From NCBI GenBank assembly GCA_965209055.1, contig OZ242374.1, positions 512,001 through 576,000 of the forward strand: a stretch of 64,000 nt of DNA, read 5' to 3'. The notes under the pieces are model-generated. The model saw only the letters and a list, made by a program, of their open reading frames with translations, searched no databases and was not told the DNA's origin. The translations under genes and the position numbers were made by a program. Each line of letters starts with the position of its first letter. Position 1 is the stretch's first letter. The stretch is from Acidobacteriota bacterium (GTDB taxonomy: Bacteria > Acidobacteriota > UBA6911 > RPQK01 > JAJDTT01). Positions 8,643-16,967 of the stretch are shown piece by piece.

Positions 8643-10184
8643 TCAGAACCTGTACGACGCGACCAGGTAGGTGAAGGTGTTCCCGTCCCCTGGCGTATTG
8701 GCCTTGAGAAAGGGACCGGGGAACAGGTAGCCGATGCCGCCGCCCAGGTTCACGGCCTTGGACACCGGCATCGTGAACATGGCGTCCAGCTCGTTTCCGA
8801 CCTTCAGGTCGGTGGCCCCGCCGGCCGGCGGCGCAACGGACAATCCCCCCGAAACGTTGTAGAGGGCGTCATTGCCCGTGGCCAGCCAGAAGGAATGGAA
8901 ATCGACAGTCAGGCCAAACTTCGGATGGGGCTTGAACTCGGCTCCGAGCCGGATGTCCTTCAGATTGCGCCAGCCCACCAGGTCGTTGTAGCCATAGTGG
9001 AAGTGGGCGGTGGGATACAGGTTGTCAAAGGCGCCCGCCCGGCCGTCGCTGGCATCCTCGTCACCCGAGCCGAAGTTGTAGTGAACATAGAGCCTGGGGC
9101 TCGATTCGGCGGCGATGGAATAGCCCAACTCCACGTAATAGCCCCAGGCGTCGATCACCGCGCCGGCCATGTCGCCCCACTGCCGGACCATAGCCAGGTT
9201 GTAGTCCCAGGGCCCCAGCCCCTTCGCCCAAGCTCTCAAGCCCATGGTGTAGCGGTTGAGCTTGCCTCTCTGGTTCAACTCGTTGACGACGGAAGCAGCC
9301 GACCGCAACAGGAGGTAAGGTTCCAGGGTGGAGCCGGGGATCACGTTTTCGATGGCGCCGTACACGCCATGCAGGTTGTTCCCTTCCATCGAGCGGTTGA
9401 TTCGAACCGCAGGGTCGTTCTGCACCACTTGCGCTGAGAAGACGTCGACCCGGGCCCCGTCTCCGCGGAATTGGAGCTTTACGGCGTCAAAGGCCCGGGA
9501 GGTGTTGGTCCAGTTCAACGCGCCGACGAGGCGCTGATCTCCATAGGCCAGGACCTGGCGGCCCACAGTCAACGTGACCGGTGAGTTCTCGCTCCCGACC
9601 TGGGCGTATGCCTGCCGCAAGTCGAACCCGTCGCGGAAGACTCCGATGTTCGGCAACCCTTCACGGATGCCCGGTGCACTGGCGTCCTGTCCCTGAAACC
9701 CGAACTTCAGCCAGGAGGCCGGTGTGAGCCCCAGGTCCAGACGGGTCCGGATCAGACCGTATCCGTCGTCGTTCCCCTTCCGGTAACCCAGGCTACGGCG
9801 ACCTTCGAAGCGGCCGCGGAACTCGCCGGAGAGAGAAACCCAACTGGGAAGCTCGTTCCCCACGCCGCGTTCAGTCGCGGCCGGAGCCTTCTTCTCATCT
9901 TTTTCCTGGTCGTCGCCGCCAGCGGGAGCAGCCGTCAACGACAGCGTCCAGACGACGCCGGCCAACACGATCCGCTTGAGGAAAAAGGAAGAATTGGAAA
10001 TGTTCCGCAGACCGGGGACAGCCGTGTCTCCGTCTGTGTCATCTCCGCGATACGACTGCGAGCCGGATCGGCATGCGCCCGGGGGTACGCCACGCTGCGA
10101 CCGCGGTGTTTCCGTCAGCGCACCAGAACGTCGGAGAATTCCATCATCGCGAATCTTCATGCGTACTCGTGCGCCCTTCAGCAT
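8643..10184 (-). CDS. Alginate-export (AlgE-like) outer-membrane beta-barrel porin (true start probably nearer 9970-10160)
   Basis: GEFRGRFE, DLRQAY, GRQ.L.YGDQRLVG..NWTN..RAFD, GSGD, FDNLYPTAH..YG, C-terminal YRF. Confidence 0.8.
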   Translation of the reverse strand: MLKGARVRMKIRDDGILRRSGALTETPRSQRGVPPGACRSGSQSYRGDDTDGDTAVPGLRNISNSSFFLKRIVLAGVVWTLSLTAAPAGGDDQEKDEKKAPAATERGVGNELPSWVSLSGEFRGRFEGRRSLGYRKGNDDGYGLIRTRLDLGLTPASWLKFGFQGQDASAPGIREGLPNIGVFRDGFDLRQAYAQVGSENSPVTLTVGRQVLAYGDQRLVGALNWTNTSRAFDAVKLQFRGDGARVDVFSAQVVQNDPAVRINRSMEGNNLHGVYGAIENVIPGSTLEPYLLLRSAASVVNELNQRGKLNRYTMGLRAWAKGLGPWDYNLAMVRQWGDMAGAVIDAWGYYVELGYSIAAESSPRLYVHYNFGSGDEDASDGRAGAFDNLYPTAHFHYGYNDLVGWRNLKDIRLGAEFKPHPKFGLTVDFHSFWLATGNDALYNVSGGLSVAPPAGGATDLKVGNELDAMFTMPVSKAVNLGGGIGYLFPGPFLKANTPGDGNTFTYLVASYRF

Positions 10185-10336
10185 TTGGCACCCGCGCAGT
10201 GAAAAACTACCGGACCTGCGCCCGGTTTAGGACCGCCGTGTAACAATACCGGAACCGGTCCTTCTATTCCTCCCCCTTCAGCGACATTCACCCGGTTGGA
10301 CAAGTCCCTCCACCCCCCGGATCGACTTCTCCTGTT

Positions 10337-12064
10337 TCACTCCATTCGGCGCTGCGATTTTCGACCCGGAGCCCTCTCGCCGATCCGGCAATCCTCCGAA
10401 TCCAAGCTGACGGCGTAGTCTTCCCGGGCCGACCGAAGCGAAACCTTCTGGTTCTTCACGTCCCGCCTTACGGACTCGGGAGACCGCTCCAACGGGTCTC
10501 CCCACCCGCCGCCCCCAGGTTGCCGATGATAAAGAACTTCACCCGCTCTCATCGTCGTCGAGATCATGACGGGCAGCACCTCTCGGCTGCCGTCCTTTCT
10601 GTGCAGGACGTTTATCGAACCTTTTCCCGGTTTCCCGGAAACCAAGCCGTAGGGCATATGATCGCGGCGGTCGGAGCGTATGGCGAGATGGGTTTCGCCC
10701 TCCAGCAGTTCCCATTCCCGTTCCACGGCCAACCCTCCCCTGTACTTTCCCGGTCCTCCGGTATCGCCCACCAAGCCGTACCGACGAATCCGCACCGGGT
10801 ATTCGGCTTCCGCCTGCTCCACCGGGATGTTGCTGGCCACGACGATGGGATTGCAGAGACCATCGTTGCCATCCATCCCCGGCCGGCCTCCCCAGGTGCC
10901 GGTGAGCGACTCGTAGTAGATATAGGCAGACCGGTCCTGGTGCCGGCCACCGAAAACGACCAGGGTGTTTCCACCCTCTCCGGCGGCCGGGATACGATCG
11001 GGAAGCAGACCGGCCATGGCTCCGAAGATGGTGTCGACCATGCGAAATCCGGTGACGCCCCGCATTGAAGAGGCTCCCGGCATTACGACGTCCGCAACGG
11101 TTCCAGGTTCGGTGATGACATTCAGAGGACGGAACATCCCCGCCGTGTTGGGCACATCCCCGCTCATGGCGCAGCGCACACACACGGCCACTGCCCCGCA
11201 GGTGAAGGAGCGAGTCGAATTGAGCGCTCCCCGGACCTGAGGATCGGTTCCTCTGAAATCAGCGGTGAAGGTGTCGTCCTCTATGGTGGCGGTGACCTGG
11301 AAACGGACCCGGGGCCCGCCGACTCCGTCGCTGTCCATGTAGTCCACGAAGGTGCTGGTTCCGTCGGGCCACGACGCGATCTCGGCGCGCATGAGTTTTT
11401 CCGTGTAGTCGATGAGATCGTCGCCACAGGCCGAAAGAGTCTCGGCGCCATAGCGAGCGATGAGCCGCTCCACCGCCTGCTCCCCGATATTGCAGGCGGC
11501 GACCTGCGCCCGGATGTCCCCCACGGTTTTCTCAGGCACCCGGACGTTGGTGCGCAGCAGGGCGAAGATCGCTTCGTCCGGATCCCCCCGGTGATGGAGC
11601 TTGAGCCATGGGATGCGCAGCCCCTCCTGGAATATCTCCGTGTTGTCGCAGGCCGAGCTCCCCGGCAGTCTCCCCCCCAGGTCCAGATGGTGGGCCGTCG
11701 TCACGGCGAAACAGACGATTTCACCTTCCCAGAAAACCGGTTTCACCACGTAGATGTCGGGAATGTGCATTCCCCCGCCGAAGGGATCGTTCATGATGAA
11801 AACATCCCCCGGCTCCATCTTCCGGCCGTACTTCTCCAGCAGGGTCTCCATGGCGTGCGGCACCGAACCCAGGTGCAGCGGTATGGTGACGCCCTGGGCG
11901 ATCATCTCCCCGCGCGCGTTGCACAGGGAGGTGGAGTAATCCAGGCAGTCCCTTACGATGGTGGAGTACGCGGTGCGGTAGAGGGCCAGCGCCATCTCGT
12001 CCGCACCCGAGGAGAGCGCATTCTGAACGATTTCACGAGTGATGGGGTCGACCTTAGAACGCAT
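10337..12064 (-). CDS. Hydantoinase B / 5-oxoprolinase beta-subunit family protein
   Basis: DPITREIV..AL...DEM, YSTIVRD.LDYS, NDPFGGGMH.PD, AHH.D.GG..PGS, EIFQEG, GG.GKYRGG, PGGGGWGDP. ATG 12064 overlaps the transglutaminase stop. Confidence 0.9.
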   Translation of the reverse strand: MRSKVDPITREIVQNALSSGADEMALALYRTAYSTIVRDCLDYSTSLCNARGEMIAQGVTIPLHLGSVPHAMETLLEKYGRKMEPGDVFIMNDPFGGGMHIPDIYVVKPVFWEGEIVCFAVTTAHHLDLGGRLPGSSACDNTEIFQEGLRIPWLKLHHRGDPDEAIFALLRTNVRVPEKTVGDIRAQVAACNIGEQAVERLIARYGAETLSACGDDLIDYTEKLMRAEIASWPDGTSTFVDYMDSDGVGGPRVRFQVTATIEDDTFTADFRGTDPQVRGALNSTRSFTCGAVAVCVRCAMSGDVPNTAGMFRPLNVITEPGTVADVVMPGASSMRGVTGFRMVDTIFGAMAGLLPDRIPAAGEGGNTLVVFGGRHQDRSAYIYYESLTGTWGGRPGMDGNDGLCNPIVVASNIPVEQAEAEYPVRIRRYGLVGDTGGPGKYRGGLAVEREWELLEGETHLAIRSDRRDHMPYGLVSGKPGKGSINVLHRKDGSREVLPVMISTTMRAGEVLYHRQPGGGGWGDPLERSPESVRRDVKNQKVSLRSAREDYAVSLDSEDCRIGERAPGRKSQRRME

Positions 12065-12926
12065 CTTTCTGGATGACCTGTACATCCACCTCGAGATTGG
12101 TCTCTCCGCCTCCCTGGCGGACACCTTGGGTCGGCGAGACGTCCTTATAGTCGCGGCCCACGGCGATTCGCACGTGCCGCTGGTCGACCAGACTCACGTT
12201 GGTGGGGTCGAAGCCGATCCAACCCAGTTCCGGCAGCCGGCATTCGACCCAGGCATGGGTGGCATTTCCGACAGCCTGCTCGCCGGGCTGGCCGGTTTCG
12301 CTCAGGTACCCGGAGACGTACCGCGAGGGAATGCCCCAGGACCGGGCGACGGCGATCATGACATGCGCGTAGTCCTGGCAGACCCCCCGGCCCGATTGAA
12401 GGATGTCGTCGATGGGAGATGCCGCCGACGTACTGCCCGGCACGTAGCTGAAGCTGCGGTGAAGCCGGCGGGAGAGGCGAAGCAGCCCCTCGAGAGGATC
12501 GTCCCCGCGCTCGATACCTTTCCTGGACACGAACTCGTCCAGCAGCATTGACGGCCGCGCCAGAGCGCTGGGGCGAGTGAAGTCCCAATAGTCCGCAGAT
12601 TCGCTCCAGGAGAGGATCTCCCGCCAGGCCTGGGTGCCGAGACTCCCGGGAAGAGGATCCGGAACCGCCGGTTCGACCGTCGACCGTGCGGAAATTTCCA
12701 GGCCATCGTGCTCGCGGTGCATATAGAGAACGTGACGGACGTTTCCGAAGCAGTCCGTTTCACTGGTCAGGGAAGCCGGTGGACTGGTCTCGATTTTGAA
12801 ATCCCGGAGCCGCTGGCCGCCGTCGCCGCGCGGCTTCAGACAGAGCAACATGACGCACTCCCGGGCCGGGAATGCGTACCGGTACCGGGAAACGTGCTCG
12901 ATCTCATATCGGACCGTCCCGGTCAT
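12054..12926 (-). CDS. Transglutaminase-like protein (bacterial TGase N-terminal domain plus core)
   Basis: YEIEHVSRYRY, DCFGN; catalytic triad motifs GVCQDYAH, THAW, GFDPTN; GRDY.DVSP. Confidence 0.9.
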   Translation of the reverse strand: MTGTVRYEIEHVSRYRYAFPARECVMLLCLKPRGDGGQRLRDFKIETSPPASLTSETDCFGNVRHVLYMHREHDGLEISARSTVEPAVPDPLPGSLGTQAWREILSWSESADYWDFTRPSALARPSMLLDEFVSRKGIERGDDPLEGLLRLSRRLHRSFSYVPGSTSAASPIDDILQSGRGVCQDYAHVMIAVARSWGIPSRYVSGYLSETGQPGEQAVGNATHAWVECRLPELGWIGFDPTNVSLVDQRHVRIAVGRDYKDVSPTQGVRQGGGETNLEVDVQVIQKDAF

Positions 12927-12930
12927 GGGA

Positions 12931-13920
12931 TCAGCGCAGAGGGGAGTCCTCGATGGGGTAGTCGACATAGGCGGCCATGACCAAACCATGGAGTTTCCGG
13001 CAGTGCTCCCCGATCCACTGGAGGAGACTCTCGTGGTCCTCCCGGTCCGGCCAGGCATAGTGGATCAGAGCTCGCAAGCGCCCTGCCAAACGCCGGGCCG
13101 GCGCCCCCGAGTGAGCGCTGGGGCCGGGGCCGATGGCGTCCAGCTCCGCGACCGCCGCATCAAGGGACCGAAAGAGGGAGCCGGGCAGTTGCGGATCGGT
13201 CACAAGCAAGTCCAGGACCCGATCCGGTTTGACGTCGACGCTGTGTTTTCGATTGTAGGCATCGAACGCCTGGCAGAAACGCAGGAGGCTGGTCCAGTCC
13301 TCGCCCAAGGACTCGTCGATCCGCCGTCCGGCTTCAATTTGAGCCAGAAACAACGAGGCCGAGGATTGGACCCGCTCGATGGCTCGCCCCAACCGCCAGA
13401 AACGCCAGCCTTCGTCCCGATACATGGTCACTTCGGCGACACCGACGAAGGTGTCGATGTCATGCGCCGTGGCGACGTAGAAATCCTCCGGGGAGACCTC
13501 CCAGATTTTCTGGATGGTCATCTCCTGGAGCCTCAAATAGGACAGGTTCAGGCAACTCCACATTTCGCCGCTGATCCGGTTGCGCATCTGGCGGGCGTTC
13601 TCTCGGCCCAAGGAGAAGCAGCTGTATATCGAATCGGAATTCGACCTCTCAAAGGTGAGATCGTCGGCCAAGGTGTAGGAATCAGCCAGCGTATACGAGT
13701 CGACCAGCGGGTCTTCTTCGTCGCCCCACAGAAGCTCCAGGCTACCCCCCGGCGGATTCCGGTTCAGACTGATGTAAATGCGGCTCCAGCCAAAGTGGAT
13801 CTCCCGAATCGGGCGATCCACCAACGCCTCGACCTGCAAACGCATCAGGCGGCAGAGATGCTCCGCCCTCTCGAGGTAACGGCCCATCCAATACAGGCCT
13901 TGGGCGCTACGTGAAAGCAA
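12931..13920 (-). CDS. Alpha-E domain protein (DUF403-type)
   Basis: MLSRSA..LYWMGRYLERAE, RENAR..R..IS.EMW..LN, M.RDEGWRF..LGR.IER, P.S. Confidence 0.9.
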   Translation of the reverse strand: MLSRSAQGLYWMGRYLERAEHLCRLMRLQVEALVDRPIREIHFGWSRIYISLNRNPPGGSLELLWGDEEDPLVDSYTLADSYTLADDLTFERSNSDSIYSCFSLGRENARQMRNRISGEMWSCLNLSYLRLQEMTIQKIWEVSPEDFYVATAHDIDTFVGVAEVTMYRDEGWRFWRLGRAIERVQSSASLFLAQIEAGRRIDESLGEDWTSLLRFCQAFDAYNRKHSVDVKPDRVLDLLVTDPQLPGSLFRSLDAAVAELDAIGPGPSAHSGAPARRLAGRLRALIHYAWPDREDHESLLQWIGEHCRKLHGLVMAAYVDYPIEDSPLR

Positions 13921-13950
13921 CTTGGACCCCCAGTCGATGAGAACCGGCCG

Positions 13951-15342
13951 TTATTCCTCGTCCAGTTCTTCCGGCATGAGCACGAACTCGGGATAGGCTT
14001 CCATGCCCAACTCGCCCACGTCCTGTCCCAGCCGTTCCACTTGCTCCGACACCCGAACGCTCATCGTCATCGCCAGCACCTTCCACAGAATCAGGGACGT
14101 CGTGAACACGAACGCTCCCACCGCCACGATGCCCAACAACTGCACCCCGAGGTTGCCGCCCGCCGCGATACAGACCGCGATCGTGCCCCAGATCCCCGCA
14201 AACAGGTGCGCCGGCACCGCCCCCACCACGTCGTCGATCTTCGCCCGCTCCAGGAACTTGATCCCCGCCGTGCACAGGATCGCTCCGATCGCCCCGATGA
14301 CGATCGACCAGTGGTGCGAGACGATGTCCGGTCCCGCAGTGATCGCCACCAGTCCCGCGATCGCACCGTTCAACGTCGCGAACAGGTCGTTGCGCCCCAG
14401 GATCGGCCGCGACACGATCAGCGCCGTCACCACTCCGGCCGCCGCCGCCAGGTTCGTGTTCACCAACACGTGGCTCATGGCCAGCGCGTCCGCCGCGCTC
14501 CCCAGCGCCAACTGCGACCCGCCGTTGAATCCGAACCACCCGAACCACAGGATGAACACCCCCAGCGTCACCACGATCACGTTCGACGGCGGCGTCGGCT
14601 TCGCCGTCCCGTCCTTGCGGAACTTGCCCAGACGCGGCCCCACGATCAGGATCCCCGCCAATGCCGCCCAGCCCCCCGTGCCGTGCACGATCGTCGATCC
14701 CGCGAAGTCCTGGAAGCCCATCTCACCCAGCCAGCCGCCGCCCCACGTCCAGGCGCCCACCACCGGGTAGATCACCGCCGTCAGCACCGCCACGAACACG
14801 AAAAACGACCACATCTTCACCCGCTCGGCCAGCGCCCCCGAGACGATCGACGCCGCCGTCGCCACGAACACCATCTGGAAAAACCAGTCCGACATGGTCG
14901 AGTACTTGCTGTCGGCCCCCGTCACCGCCGCCGCCGCTCCGTCCTCGCCCGCCACCAGCGCCAGATCCTGCGCCGACGGTCCGTACAGCAGCTTGAACGA
15001 CCCGATCACGCTCCCCACGTCCGCGTACATCAGGTTGTAGCCGATCACGTAGTAGGCCAACCCCGCAATCGAGTACAGACCGATGTTCTTCATGCAGATC
15101 ATGGAGGCGTTCTTGGTCCGCACCGATCCGGACTCCAGCATCGTGAATCCGGCGCACATCCACATCACCATGGCGCCCCAGATCATGAACGAGAAGGTGT
15201 TGAACACGTACAGCACCTCGTCGTCCACCGCCGCCTGCGCCGCCGTCGTCCCGCACAACAGGCAGATCGCCACCAACAGCAATTTCCCCACCGCTCCCCG
15301 CACCAGCCGCTTGTGCAACGGCATCTTCGTTCTCTCTCTCAT
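13951..15342 (-). CDS. amtB: Ammonium transporter (Amt family)
   Basis: MCAGFTMLESG, FFQMVF, SGALAER, DFAGSTIVH, WFGFNGGS, DDVVGAVPAH; twin-His and Phe-gate residues present. Confidence 0.95.
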   Translation of the reverse strand: MRERTKMPLHKRLVRGAVGKLLLVAICLLCGTTAAQAAVDDEVLYVFNTFSFMIWGAMVMWMCAGFTMLESGSVRTKNASMICMKNIGLYSIAGLAYYVIGYNLMYADVGSVIGSFKLLYGPSAQDLALVAGEDGAAAAVTGADSKYSTMSDWFFQMVFVATAASIVSGALAERVKMWSFFVFVAVLTAVIYPVVGAWTWGGGWLGEMGFQDFAGSTIVHGTGGWAALAGILIVGPRLGKFRKDGTAKPTPPSNVIVVTLGVFILWFGWFGFNGGSQLALGSAADALAMSHVLVNTNLAAAAGVVTALIVSRPILGRNDLFATLNGAIAGLVAITAGPDIVSHHWSIVIGAIGAILCTAGIKFLERAKIDDVVGAVPAHLFAGIWGTIAVCIAAGGNLGVQLLGIVAVGAFVFTTSLILWKVLAMTMSVRVSEQVERLGQDVGELGMEAYPEFVLMPEELDEE

Positions 15343-15422
15343 TGCTCCCTCCCCAAATGCAGTCGAGTCACTCCACCAGGATCCGTCGCCGGGCGCCGCG
15401 TGGAACTCGCGCCCCCATCAAC

Positions 15423-16856
15423 TCAATCTTCCAATACCCACAGGTCCTTGCCGCCTCCACCCTGACTCGAGTTCACCACCAGGCTGCCCCGGCGCAACGC
15501 CACGCGGCAGAACGCTCCGGGGACGATGCGGATCCGGCGGCCATTGAGAACAAACGGGCGAAGATCGACGTGGCGCGGCTCTGTCCGTCCGTCGATCACA
15601 CAAGGCGCACGCGAGAGCGAAAGGACAGGCTGAGATATGAAATCGGCCGGGTTGGCCCGCACCTGCTTGGCGTAGGCGTCGCGTTCTTCCGCAGTCGAGT
15701 GCGGTCCCACCAACATGCCGTATCCTCCGGACTCTCCCACCCGCTTCACGACGAGGTCCTCCAGGTTGTCGAGGGTATATTCCAGCTCCTCGGGTCGACG
15801 GCAAAGCCAAGTCTTCACGTTCTTCAGCAGCGGCTCTTCTCCCAAGTAGTACCGGATCATATCCGGGACGAATGCGTAGACGCTCTTGTCATCGGCGACG
15901 CCGGTGCCGGGAGCGTTCACCAGGGCCACGTTGCCCTGCTTGAAGGCATGAATCAATCCGGGGACGCCGAGCAGCGAGTCGGGACGAAAGACCAGGGGAT
16001 CGAGAAAATCGTCGTCCACGCGCCGGTAGATCACGTCGACGCGCTTCAGGCCCACCGTCGTGCGCATGTAGACGAAACCGTCATTGACCAACAGGTCCCG
16101 GCCTTCCACCAGCTCCGCGCCGATCTCGTTGGCCAGAAATATGTGCTCGTAGAAGGCGGAATTGTAGACACCGGGTGTCAGCAACACGATGCAGGGTCCG
16201 GACCGGTCCCTGGGCGCCAGCTCCCGCAGGGTCTGGAGCAGGACCCTTCCATAGTGCTCGACTTCTCTGACCCGGGAGTTTCGATAAAGGAGGCGGAAAT
16301 TGGCTTTCACCGCCTTTCGGTTGGCGATCATGTAGGAAACTCCCGAGGGGACCCTCAGGTTGTCCTCCAACACGTAGAAACCGTCGTTGGTACGCACCAG
16401 GTCGGTGCCGCAAACGCCCACCCAGACGCCATGGGGCACCGAAACTCCCCGCATTTCATTGCGGTACTGGGGACAGCCCTTCACCACGTCCACCGGGATC
16501 ACGCCATCCGCGATGATGCTTGCCTCGTTGTAGATGTCGCCCAGAAACAGGTTCAGCGCCCGGAGGCGCTGCTTCAGGCCGGTGACGAGCCAGCGCCATT
16601 CCTCGGCGGACAGGATTCGGGGAACGCAGTCGATGGGAATGATGCGCTCCTCGGCTTCCTCGTCGCCGTAGACGGTAAAGGTGATCCCTTCGTTGGAGAA
16701 CGAACGCGTGACCCGTTCCTGAATGCTGCCGACGTCCTCGACCGACAGACGGCTCAGGGTTTCATGCAGCGACTGGAAATGTTCGCGAGGAGTGCCGTCC
16801 CCCTGGAACATCTCGTCGTAGTACCGGGCATCGAGATCGTAGGAGCGAAAATCCAT
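15423..16856 (-). CDS. Circularly permuted type 2 ATP-grasp protein
   Basis: YDEM, GITFTVYG...ERIIP.D..PR, VLEDNLRVPSGVSY, LTPG.YNSAFYEH, RVDVIYRRVDD.FLDP, GVADDK, PRHVDLRPF, VVNSSQGGGGKD.WV. Confidence 0.95.
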   Translation of the reverse strand: MDFRSYDLDARYYDEMFQGDGTPREHFQSLHETLSRLSVEDVGSIQERVTRSFSNEGITFTVYGDEEAEERIIPIDCVPRILSAEEWRWLVTGLKQRLRALNLFLGDIYNEASIIADGVIPVDVVKGCPQYRNEMRGVSVPHGVWVGVCGTDLVRTNDGFYVLEDNLRVPSGVSYMIANRKAVKANFRLLYRNSRVREVEHYGRVLLQTLRELAPRDRSGPCIVLLTPGVYNSAFYEHIFLANEIGAELVEGRDLLVNDGFVYMRTTVGLKRVDVIYRRVDDDFLDPLVFRPDSLLGVPGLIHAFKQGNVALVNAPGTGVADDKSVYAFVPDMIRYYLGEEPLLKNVKTWLCRRPEELEYTLDNLEDLVVKRVGESGGYGMLVGPHSTAEERDAYAKQVRANPADFISQPVLSLSRAPCVIDGRTEPRHVDLRPFVLNGRRIRIVPGAFCRVALRRGSLVVNSSQGGGGKDLWVLED

Positions 16857-16967
16857 ACGTTGACTCGCAGTGCGGAATTCCGCCCGATATTAGAACATCT
16901 CGTTCCTCGAAACCACACTCGCTCGGGGAACCGGCCGGTAAGAATTCGGGACGGGATCCTACAGTTG

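Noticed and set aside
9990-10336. Riboswitch in the long leader of the porin gene
   Set aside because: No aptamer consensus that I could recognise; an Rfam scan would be needed.
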